Shown here: positions 43,573 through 56,460 of the stretch, one piece after another
How the letters are laid out: every line of letters starts with the position of its first letter
How positions within the stretch are numbered: position 1 is the stretch's first letter
NCBI GenBank assembly: GCA_951406725.2
Contig: OX597841.1
Span: forward strand, 6,882,001-6,946,000
Source of the DNA: Octopus vulgaris
Lineage: Eukaryota
Length of the DNA: 64,000 bases
Reading direction: 5' to 3'
Notes under the pieces: generated by a model
Told to the model about the DNA's origin: nothing
Database searches by the model: none
Seen by the model: only the letters and a program-made list of their open reading frames with translations
Position numbers and translations under genes: made by a program

Positions 43573-44642
43573 TGTTATGGACCTCCGAAAGTTGCTACGG
43601 AATCCCACCTGCCGTCGCTCGAACTCGAACCCGGGATCCCAACAAGTCAAGCGACGACGATTGACCAGGCTCGATCGATCAGCGAAAGTTCGCCACGGAA
43701 CTCAGAGAGGAGAGAGATAACAACAACAACAACAGCAGCAGGAAGAGACACAGAGGCAATCGGCTTACATTTAACCTACTAGTTTATATGACTATTACAA
43801 CAAATACAATGTGATACATCAGGTAGATACAAGCAACAGAATCAACAGCATGCAGATGCAATATAACAACTGCATTTAAAGAAAACACATGCAAGAAACA
43901 GGTATACAACAGATCGAAGCATTTAAACATGCAGATACAATATACACGTCGAATCAAACAAATCAATACATTATACAATGTTCATAGACAAATAATTCAC
44001 GTTACAATTAACGTACACATTAACGATACGGTTTATAGTTCTTTTCTTGTCTTTTTCCTTCTTTTTTGTAACGCGTATCAATACAATTCAATTGTTCCTT
44101 ATGACACATCAACAAGTCCTTTACTCACTTCTGTAACAGTTCGTTATAATCTCTTTACATAATTCACATATCAACATACAATTAAACACATACCGTCCAA
44201 CAGCCAATGCCTCACACTGTAGTCCATCTCTATTAGCTGTTTAATCCTATGTGTATATCCTCCTCAACCCCTCATCCTCTCACTGTCTCCTGTCGTTCTC
44301 AACACTGTCCTGTCACTATCTCGCCTGTCATCTCTCATGACTGTGTGTCTGTCTTTCTCTGCGCTTCCCTCTCGCATCTTACTACCCCAATCTCTCGGAT
44401 GGAACTCTCAACTGCCTTTTCATCTCTCACAGCAGAAACAACTTGCTCTGTCCTCGACTTCCGGCCGACTGTGTTTACAGCTCAAAGTTCCTCCCTTTTA
44501 AGGGGTATTTACAACGAACTCTCCCTGACCGGCACAAGGCCAAAGGTCCCCTAAAAGCTCATTACTCCTTCGTGAATCCGACAGAACAATCGGTTTATCC
44601 CAAAGTAGGTCGCAACCAACTGTCCTTAAGTTGAACTCAACA
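43573..44642 (-). mobile_element. Solo LTR related to the 3500-4751 LTR
   Basis: TG...CA termini inside a (TA)n tract. Shares AGTTCGCCACGGAAC, (CAA)n, GGCTTACAT.TAAC and AGTAGGTC...CAACTGTCCTTA with the 3500-4751 LTR. Confidence 0.85.
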
Positions 44643-44789
44643 ATATATATGTGTATATATGTGTATATGTGTATATATATATATATGTGTGTGTATATGT
44701 ATATAAATATGTGTATATATGTATATATATATTTATATGTATATATATATTTATATTTATATTCGTTTTTCTTGTTTCAGCTCAGAGCT

Positions 44790-45957
44790 GATGCACCGCT
44801 GTTTTATGCTACACTGTTATTACGAAGAGCCTCCTCTAATATGTCGCACTTGGTGAAGAATGGAGTTTGATACAGCTACTCTCATTTGCACCTCTTGCCG
44901 TGAGGTAGGTTCATCTGGGACTCTCGACAGGTAGCTGTCCAGCTTTGATTTAAAACCCACTACATCTACTTTGTGTAAGTTCCTCAGACTCTTTGAGAGA
45001 ATATTAAAAAGCTGTGGGCCCTTGAAACCCAGGCTATTGCAGAAGCTGGTCCTGAAGCGTGATGGCATTGCTGGGATCTTTGGCACTATGCTTTGTCGTC
45101 CCGTTCTAGCAAAGGTGTAGCTTATAATGCCAAATTTTGGCACAATTCCTTCCAGGATCTTCCGGATATATATTACTGCATACCTCTCCCGTCTTCTCTC
45201 CAGGGGTAGAGTCTTAGCTGTTTCAACCTTTCCCAGTATCTGAGCTGTTACAAAGAGACGATCTTCTTCGTGAATCTCCTCTGGATTGCTTCAAGGTCCA
45301 CTGTTAATTTCACACTGGTTGCTGACCATAGCTGTGAGCAGTAATCCAGGCTGCTGAGGACGAATGTCCGCCAGAGGACCATCATGGTTTCCTTATCTCT
45401 GGTTCTGAATGTTCTTAGGATCCATCCAGCCAGTCGTCTGCACTTTGTCGCCATCCTGGTAATGAGCACTTGGAAAGAGGTATCCTCACTCATGTCGATA
45501 CCCAGGTCCCTCACAGACTTAGGCTCTGGGATTGAAATTCCCTGTGGACCGGTGTCTCCTGTAAGTTTAATATTCAGTTTTGGATTCTGGTAGTGCAGGC
45601 CTGGAATTTTTCAGTATTAAACTGCATATTATTATCCTCAGCCCATCTGTAGATTGAGTCCAACTCCTGCTGCAGGTGTGCAACATCGCTGGGGTTCTGT
45701 ATTTTCTGCGAGACTTTCGTATCGTCTGCATAGCTTGCCAGAGTGGCTATCCGGGCATTTGAGTGCATATCTGAGAGGGCCACTATAAAAAGCAGTGGTC
45801 CCAAGACAGTGCCCTGTGGAACACCACTCACTATTTGTGTGTTCATTGAGGTGGCTCCATTAACCACTACTGCCTGACTCCTATCTTTCAGGAAGTCATG
45901 TAACCACACTCCAAGTTTTCCAGCTATGCCGAGGTCACAAAGTTTGTGGCATATCAT
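44790..45957 (-). mobile_element. CR1-group LINE 3' fragment (frameshifted)
   Basis: Motifs [30 protein letters not shown] and VPDEP. Same family as 52181-54037. Confidence 0.9.
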
Positions 45958-45959
45958 AT

Positions 45960-47955
45960 GGTTCTCTTACGTGCCACCGGCACTGGTATCACCGCTACAA
46001 TTTCTATTGATGTTGATCGATTTTGATTTTGATTTTCACTTGCTTCAACAGGTCTTCACAAGTAGAGTTTTGTGTCCCAAGAAGGAAAGGTATGCATAAG
46101 TGGACTGAGGCAATGGGTTATGGTCTCACTTGTCCTGCCGGGGCTTCTCACGCACAGCATACTTCCAAAGGTCTCTAGTCATTTCCTCGGTGAGACCTAA
46201 AGTTCGAAGGTCGTGCTTCACCACCTTATCCCAGGATTTCCCAGGTTTACCTCTTCCACAGGTTCCCTCAACCGCTAGGGTGTGGCACTTTTTCACACAA
46301 CTATCTTCATCCATTCTCACCACATGACCATACCAGCGCAAACGTCTCTCTTGCACACCACAACTGATGCTTCTTAGGTCCAGCTTTTCTCTCAAGGTAC
46401 TTACACTCTGTCGAGTATGAACACTGACATTACATATCCATTGGAGCATACTGGTTTCATTTCTTGCAAGCTTACGCATATCCTCAGCAGTCACGGCCCG
46501 TGTTTCACTGCCATGTAGCATGGCTGTTTGTACACATGCGTCATACAGTCTGCCTTTTACTCTGAGCGAGAGGCCTTTTGTCCCTAGCGGAGGTAAGAGC
46601 TCCCTGAACTTTGCCCAGGCTATTCTTATTCTAGCAGTTACACTTTCAATACACCGCCACCTCTACTGACTTGGTCACCTAGGTAACAGAAGCTATCAAC
46701 TATTTCTAGTTTTTTCCCTGGAATGTGGCGGAAAATGGTCTCTGCGTATTTTCAGTGTTTATTGCTCCAGAGCATCTGCCACATACAAAAACTATTTTCC
46801 GAGTTAGCCTTCCCTTGACGTTGCTGCACCTCTTATGTGTCCATAGCTTACACTTGGTGCATCTTATAGAGTTTCTACCTACGCCTTTTCTACAGATCGA
46901 GCAGGGCCATCTACCTGAAAGCGTTTGTGACTTGTCTACCTTACCTACTTATTAGGACTTTGGTTTTAGCTAGGTTGACTCTAAGGCCTTTCAATTCTAA
47001 TACTTGCTTCCACACCTGAAACTTCTCCTCCAGTTCTGATAGTGACTCAGCAATTAGAGCAAGGTCATCAGCATAGAGGAGCTCCCAGGGGCATCCTGTC
47101 TTGAATTCCTCCGTTATTGCTTGGAGGACTATGATAAATAGGAGGGGCCTGAGTACTGAAACTTGGTGAACCCCAACCTCTACTCGGAATTCTTCACTGT
47201 ACTCGTTGCCAACCCTCACCTTACTAGCAGCGTCCCTGTACATGGCTTTCACAGCTCTCACTAACCATTCATCTATCCCTAGTTTCCCCATTGACCACCA
47301 GATAAGGGATCGGGGGACCCTGTCGAAGGCTTTCTCCATGTCAACGAAAGCCAGGTACAGGGGCTTATCTTTGGCTAGATATTTCTCCTGCAGCTGTCTT
47401 ACTAGGAATATGGCATTAGTGGTGCTTTTCCCTGGCATGAATCCAAACTGCATCTCATCTAAACTAACTCTCTCTCTAATTAGTTGGGCTATGACCCTCT
47501 CCGTAACCTTCATTACTTGATCCAACAGCTTGATACCTCTGTAATTATTTGTATCTAGGGTGTCACCTTTACCTTTGTAGCAGTTGACTATTATGCTGCT
47601 ACACCAGTCATTGGATATGACTCCTTCGTGTATCACCTGGTTAACTATACGGGTGACTAGGCTATAGCCGACACTACCAGATATGTTGAGCATCTCTGCA
47701 GTACCTCCTGATGGGCCTGGGGCTTTCTTTGTCTTCATGCTACAAATTGCCTTAACTACCAAGGAACTGTCAACTCGGATATCTGGTCCCTCTGTTGGGT
47801 CGACATTCGGCAGACTCTCTTTATCCCATTCATTTTCTTTATTCAGCAACCTTTCATAGTGGCGTCTCCAAGCCTCTCTCCTTGCATCCTCGTTTAGCGC
47901 TAGTGAACCATCATCCATGCGAACACATTTCTCTCCTACCACATCACGATTCTCT
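45960..47955 (-). mobile_element. RTE-clade LINE, 5'-truncated, RT domain largely intact
   Basis: ORF 47960-46941 contains NYRGIKLL, QFGFMPGKST, AFVDMEKAFDRVPR and LLYADDLAL. A downstream fragment contains RRLRWYGHV. Confidence 0.93.
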
Positions 47956-47975
47956 CTCACACACTGTCTTGCAAC

Positions 47976-48570
<595 letters not shown>

Positions 48571-49117
48571 CGTTTAAATATTTGTTGTGCAAGATTTTTT
48601 ATGTGAAGTCGTGTGTTGAAACAGATATTGTTATATTTCGGAATGGTCATATTGCCAGTTTAGCCAATAAAAACACACGCACTATATATTTGGTGTTATT
48701 TTGCTTCAGTGATATTTATTATTTACATTAATCTTAATCTTATTTCGGCCAAAGTTCTTTCGTCACACTCCTGTGACCGCATCAGTGGTCCTTTGTTTTC
48801 TTCTCACTTACTTGTGTCTCTCCTTACTAACCGTCAGCCATTTTGTATTTCTATTGTATGTCTTCATTTGCGCATGCTTATATCTCTATGTGCGTCTATG
48901 TTTATTTAGTGTGTGTGTGGGGGGGATGCCTGTAATATTTGTATCTTCTGGTTATATACATTCTTGTAATTTGTATTTTGTTTTTGTTGTTGTTGCTTTT
49001 GTTCTAATTTTGTTCATGTGTTTACATCCACCCATTATTATCATTACATATGCTTGTATGTATGTATAACTACAATATTAGTAACAATAATAATAAATCT
49101 AATCGAAAAAAAAAAAA

Positions 49118-49194
<77 letters not shown>

Positions 49195-49304
49195 TACACA
49201 TATACATATATATATATATATATACACACATACATATATATAGTTATTCATTTCTATTTCTTTAATTATCTGTGTATTTATTATGTTTGCAGGATCCACT
49301 ATCG

Positions 49305-50807
49305 TCATATGTTGTGGTGTGTGCTATTGCTCCATTCTAGTTTTCTATTCAGGCTAGGTTTATTTTCTATTATATGTGTAGCTTCTGTAATTTGTCTAAT
49401 TGTTGCATCTGTTCTATGTGTGGACAATATCTTAATCTCTATATTATTGATTGATCCCCCGTGTTCTTGTTCGGCGTGTTGGTACAGAATCGATGAGCTT
49501 TTACCTTCCTTGAGTTGTCTCCAATGTTCATTCACCCGCTCTCCAATGCTTCTTGCTGTTTCCCCTACGTATGTTACTGTCTTGTTACTGCATCGTCCCT
49601 CTATACATCTTATACTATAGACCACATTTCTGGCTTTACAGTTTGTTTGTGGGCTAAATCTACATACAGTGCAATAGTTATCCGTACAGAGAGTTCTACT
49701 AAAAGGATAGGTTCTACCAATTATAGATCTGATAGGGTTGCCTGGCTTTTCAACAACCTTAATTCTTAGTTTAAGTTTATCTAGGGTCCTTCTAAAGCGG
49801 TACGCCAGTTCACCTCCAGGGGTGGTGTCAACGAACATGACACTCTGGTATTTATGGCTATCATACCAAGAGTTGGCCTTCCCTATTTTCTTTTTTGTCC
49901 TTTCTATAGTGTTCCATGACTTGTTCCTATAGAGTGGGCAAATCCCATTCCTATCATTACATAATATATTATCAAATTTCTTCATGGCTCCTTTGTATAC
50001 TCTGATCCTTTCTTTATGGCTGTAACCTGAGAACTGCATGCGGTGAATGAAATACTGTATGTGTCTCTTTAATTCTGTAGGCTCGCACATGCGTGACACA
50101 TTTCTCATTATTCTGACGAGGTCCGCCATCAAAATATTGAATTTGGCATTGCCCGCAATGGCTGAGTTCCGGTGGATCAGGTATTTTGAGGCCATAGGTT
50201 TTGCATAGTATGATTGAAGGATTTGGGTTTTATTTTTCACAATTTCTAGCCAGAGTTCAGTGTCTAGTACTGGTAGTCTATGGTTGGGGTGTTTAGTGGG
50301 GTAGTCTATTGTGACCTTAATACTCTGGTGGATGGAGTTAGCTATTTGCTGGATGCTCTCCATAGTATTAGTTTCTATTACTATATCAACATTACTCTCT
50401 TGTGGGGGTGCCTTTACTACTATATTGATATCATCAACATAGCGAGAGTACATGTTTACGAGTATGGATTTCTGCAGTAGGCATTCTTTAAGCCTTCTGT
50501 CCCACCATACCATGAAGAGGTTGGCCACATCACCAGCGATACTAACACCGATGGCTGCCCCCTCGTCCTGGGCATATATTTTATTATTAAATTTAAATGT
50601 GTGGCCTTTTAGGGTAACTCTTATACTAGCTCCTAGTGCATGTGCGATCATTTTCTTTACCTGATGGACATTTGCGGGGCTCCGTATGGCTCTGGTCCAT
50701 CCGCGCCATCTTTCTATATGTGTCTTTCTAGCCATAGAAGTAATTGTAGGCGGTCTACCTCTTAAACATCTACTGGGGCAGTTACTGTTTATACCTCGCT
50801 TAGAGAT
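49305..50807 (-). mobile_element. Penelope-like retroelement, 5'-truncated, RT plus C-terminal GIY-YIG in one uninterrupted frame
   Basis: RT motifs FKFNNKIYAQDEGAAIG, RYVDDI and LPVLD; a Cys-rich linker; endonuclease motifs NVVYSIRC...YVGETARSIGERVNEH and EATHI...PSLN. The frame is open from ~50807. Confidence 0.93.
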
Positions 50808-50912
50808 TTATTATTGTTATCGAACAGATTTTCGACGCCAGTGACTGTGTTTACAGTGAAAATCTATATATTTCTAGCCTGTGGAGGAAGTCCCTCAACG
50901 AAGAACGGTGTT

Positions 50913-50962
50913 TGCCATGCGCTGACGAGAGGCAATACCTCGAAACCGGTCCGTGTGTAGCA
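50913..50962 (+). ncRNA. Type I minimal hammerhead ribozyme
   Basis: Stem I CATGCG/CGTGTG, core CTGACGA, stem II GAGG-caata-CCTC, GAAA, palindromic stem III ACCGGT, and cleavage triplet GTC (predicted cut after 50951). Confidence 0.85.
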
Positions 50963-51274
50963 TCCGTTTCTTCGGGGAGGCTGATCTCCCTTTACAGGCT
51001 AGCAAGGACACCGTGATGGTGTCGGCTCTCCTGGTGACGTCTATAGTTGCCTGGGGCTAAATGCATCAGTAACACCACCACCACCCCGCCCTGTCCCTAG
51101 CCACATTCAGATGGCTGGTCCCGCTTATATTATATATATATATATATATATAAAATTTATTATTATATCAACAATTTTATATAAAATTATATATATATCA
51201 AAAAATCCATATATAAATAGCATGTTTATATATCTCCTTTACATAGCAAACATATACTTATATAAATATATATT

Positions 51275-52180
<906 letters not shown>

Positions 52181-54037
52181 GATTGATTGATTGATTGATT
52201 GATTCTAGTTTCAGCTTATGAGCTGTGGCCATGCTGGGGCACCGCCATTTGGTGTTGCTACTTGGTTTCACTTCATGGAGGCTTTCTAGCAACTGCTATT
52301 TGGTGCATGAGAGAGTTCGATGCAGCTGCCCTCATCTGCCCCTCCTGCCGTGAAGTTGGTTCATCTGGGACACCTGACAGGAAGAGATCCAGCTTCATTT
52401 TAAAGACATCTGTATCCACCCCATGCAGGTCTCTCAGGTTCTTCGGGAGGATATTGAAGAGCTGTGGGCCTCGGAAGCCCAGGCTATCACAGAATCTTGT
52501 CCTACATCTTGATGGCAGGTTTGGAGTCCTAGGCACCACGCAGTGGCGCCCAGTTCTGGCATTTGCGTAACTCTCGATGCCAAAGTTCAGGACACTTCCC
52601 TCCAGGATCTTCCAGATGTATATTATGGCATATCTTTCCCGCCTACGCTCCAGGGAATATAAATTTAATCTCTTGAGTCTTTCCCAGTAGCTTACATTCT
52701 GCATAGAGGCTATCTTCTTCGTGTAGCTTCGTTGGATCGCCTCAAGTTCTGTGATCAACTTGACACTGGATGGTGACCATAGCTGAGAGCAATAGTCAAA
52801 GTGGCTTAGGACAAGTGTCTTCCAGAGGACCATCATGGTTTCTTGTTCTCTTGTTCTAAAGGTTCTAAGAATCCATCCAGCCAGCCGTCTACATTTCATT
52901 GTCAGTTTAGCAACATGTACATGAAAGGTCGCGTCATCACTCATGTGAATACCCAGGTCACGCACTGATTGTGCCTCTGGGATTGCAATCCCTCCGGGTC
53001 CAGTGTATTCATTGGGTATTGCATTCAGTTTTGCATGCTGATAGTATAAAGCTTGAAACTTTCCAGCATTGAACTGCATGCTATTCTTTTCAGCCCACTT
53101 GTATATTTCGTCCAGCTCACATTGCAGGTGTTTAGTGTCCTCAGGGTTCTGTATTGCCTGTGAAACTTTTGTATCATCTGCATAACTTGTGATCGTGGCT
53201 CTCTGCGTGGCTGAGGGCATGTCTGAGAGGGCCATTATGAACAGTAGTGGTCCCAGAACAGTGCCCTGCGGAACACCGCTCACTATTTGTGTGTTAATGG
53301 AGGTGGCCCCATTGGCTACTACCACCTGACTTCTATCCTTCAGAAAGTCATGAAGCCATTCTCCCAGTTTTCCAACTATGTTGAGATCACGCAGTTTGTG
53401 ACATATCATTCCATGATCGACTTTATCAAAGGCCTTTGCAAAGTCGAGATATATCACTTCCACATTTGAGTGGTTGAGCAGCCGTTTCAGCACCCAGTCA
53501 TAGTGTTGTAGGAGCTGAGTTAAACAGCTTCTCCCTGGTCGGAAACCATGTTGGGTGTCGGGCAGCAAGTCATTCTCTTCAAGGAAGGTGATCAGCTTCC
53601 TTCTGACTATTCGTTCCATGACCTTGCTGATGTGTGAGGTCAGAGAGATAGGTCTATAGTTCTTGGCTTCCGCTCTGCTACCTCCTTTATGAATGGGGCA
53701 TATTTTACCTTCCTTCAGTTTTCTTGGAAGTTTGCCAGCTGCAAGGAAGCTCTGAAAGAGGAACTGTAGTGGTCTTGCTAGGACTCTCTTACATGCTTTT
53801 AGGAGGATTGCCGGGAATCCATCGGGGCCAGTAGCTGAGTCTGTTTTCATTTCATCTATAGACTTGATTACATCGTCTTCCTTTATATCAATGTAATCTA
53901 TCGTCGCCGCCTCTGATTTTATATCTGCAGTGGTAAAAAAGTCAGTTGGATTGGTGATTTGGAGATGCCCAAGGGGTGGAGTGAAAACACTCTTGAATTG
54001 CTCATTCAGTATTTCACTTACCCTCATTACCCTCATA
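52181..54037 (-). mobile_element. Young CR1-group LINE, 5'-truncated, uninterrupted RT ORF
   Basis: About 585 open codons containing [45 protein letters not shown] and YADDTK, ending at the stop at 52273. (AATC)n tail at 52181-52204. Confidence 0.95.
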
Positions 54038-54044
54038 TAAAGAT

Positions 54045-54540
<496 letters not shown>

Positions 54541-54943
54541 CAAATTGAGATAGGGGTTGTAAATGCAACCCTCCATGGGATAACATATATCTAATCTACC
54601 GCTAGTGAAGTACCCAACAAAGTTAATACATAAATGTTAATAATTGCGATGCAATGAATTCATCTACTGCATTATATGGCAAAGGTAAAATGTTTTACCA
54701 CAAATTCATAATACAAAATAAGAAAATGGAGAAATACATCTAGATCAAATATCAATTACCAGATAATACCCAATCACATACTTTATTAAACCACCACATA
54801 AGAAACTTTAAGGACAAACATAATAATGTAGAACAAAATAGTGTACATAAAGGAGTGTACATAAAGGAGTAATGTTATACAATAAGTACAATATGTATAA
54901 GAGAATATAAAAATAAGTAAATATAAGTATAAATATAGACTAC

Positions 54944-55033
54944 ATCTTACAGCTGTTTCGGCCATGCAGATAAGTATGTCTCGTAGTTATAAATGAGACA
55001 TTTACAAAAATATCCTAAGGCCTCTTCGGAGAT
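54944..55033 (-). ncRNA. Type I hammerhead ribozyme with long loop II (C-C-G-A-A-G-A core variant)
   Basis: Minus strand reads ATCT-CCGAAGA-GGCC...GGCC-GAAA-CAGCTGTA-AGAT, with palindromic stem III ACAGCTGT and a GUA triplet. Confidence 0.7.
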
Positions 55034-56149
55034 TATGTGATACAAATCAGATTACATACACATTTATATAGGTGTGGGTACATACCCATAATAAAACATA
55101 TACATATACATATGAGTGCATATACTCACACTCCTATACATATAAATATACATATACATAATGATATAAATAATATAAATAATATAGATCAATAAACATA
55201 TATATGTTCCACATTCAATGTTACAGTTTTTCAACTTAATATTGTGATAATTACAATGTAGAAAAACATACACATATTAATACCCAAATGCAGATATACA
55301 GAGTCAAGAGTACATTATATTAATTCTTAACAATTTCCAAAATGTCATTAATGTTAGCATCATTATCATTGTCATTACCACTAATGCTACCAATATCATC
55401 ATTCGTATTATTATTAATAACGCTAATACTAGAAAAACAATATATAGACTCCATTATTAGCAATATAGTTACAATAGTACTACAATACCATGCAAAGTGT
55501 TAAATATCTGCATATACATTCGAAATATGAAACAAAAGCATTCTGTTTACACGACATTAAGATCCACTGGTGCACAGATGTACTTCCGAGTTAAAATTTA
55601 TAATTTCCAATGTGACAGAAATACACTATTACTTTCAGAAATAGATGCGAATCTAGCGCTAAACTATGATTGGCTTATGGATTTGAATTTAAATTACCAT
55701 TGTCTTTCTTACGGTTGGTTTGTTGTGGAAAAAACTATACCAACATTTATACACACACACACATACATACGTACATCCGCACATATACATAAACATATAC
55801 ACTCTCATGTACTGCGTCTGCAAACATTCGCATATACTTATATACACATTTAAATATGCATTTGCGTACTCATACGTATAAGAAAAACATATACATATAT
55901 ATCCAACCATGAATATACATATCCATACAAAAACATACATACACATATATATACATATGAATACATTTCGACATATCCACATATATTTACTAAGTTACAA
56001 AATATATGTCTGTCATCAAATGGCGTATAGATAAACCAGCACAGGCAGGGACAGCTATAGCAACGTTTATACACTCACACACATACTCACACGCACATCC
56101 GCACATATCTATAAACGTTTATACACTCTCATACGCTGTGTCTGCAAAC

Positions 56150-56460
56150 ATTCGCATTGACATCCTTACATACCATGAATTATTGCATAAGGAAATTACA
56201 AAGAAGTATAAAATTGTACCTTTTAATACACTTGGGGAACTAAACTTAGAGGTTAGAGAAATAATGTTTGATTATTATCTGGAGGATAAAACTGAACCTT
56301 ATACCCCCATGAGACCGAGAATTACACTTAAAGACCATAAGGAAAACTTCCTTGGTAACACACAGGTCAGACTGATTTGCCCTACCAAGTCTGCCTTAGG
56401 TAAATTGAGTAAACTTATTCTGGACAAATACTTACCGACTATACGTAACAAGATTATCGT
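56150..56460 (+). mobile_element. Penelope-like element RT N-terminal remnant
   Basis: PRITLKDHKENFLGNTQVRLICPTKSALGKLSKLILD resembles PLE RT motifs 1-2. Confidence 0.65.

Noticed and set aside
49305-50807. Assignment to Naiad/Chlamys or selenoprotein-encoding PLEs
   Set aside because: The endonuclease is C-terminal and the frame has no in-frame TGA. The clade cannot be fixed without a phylogeny.
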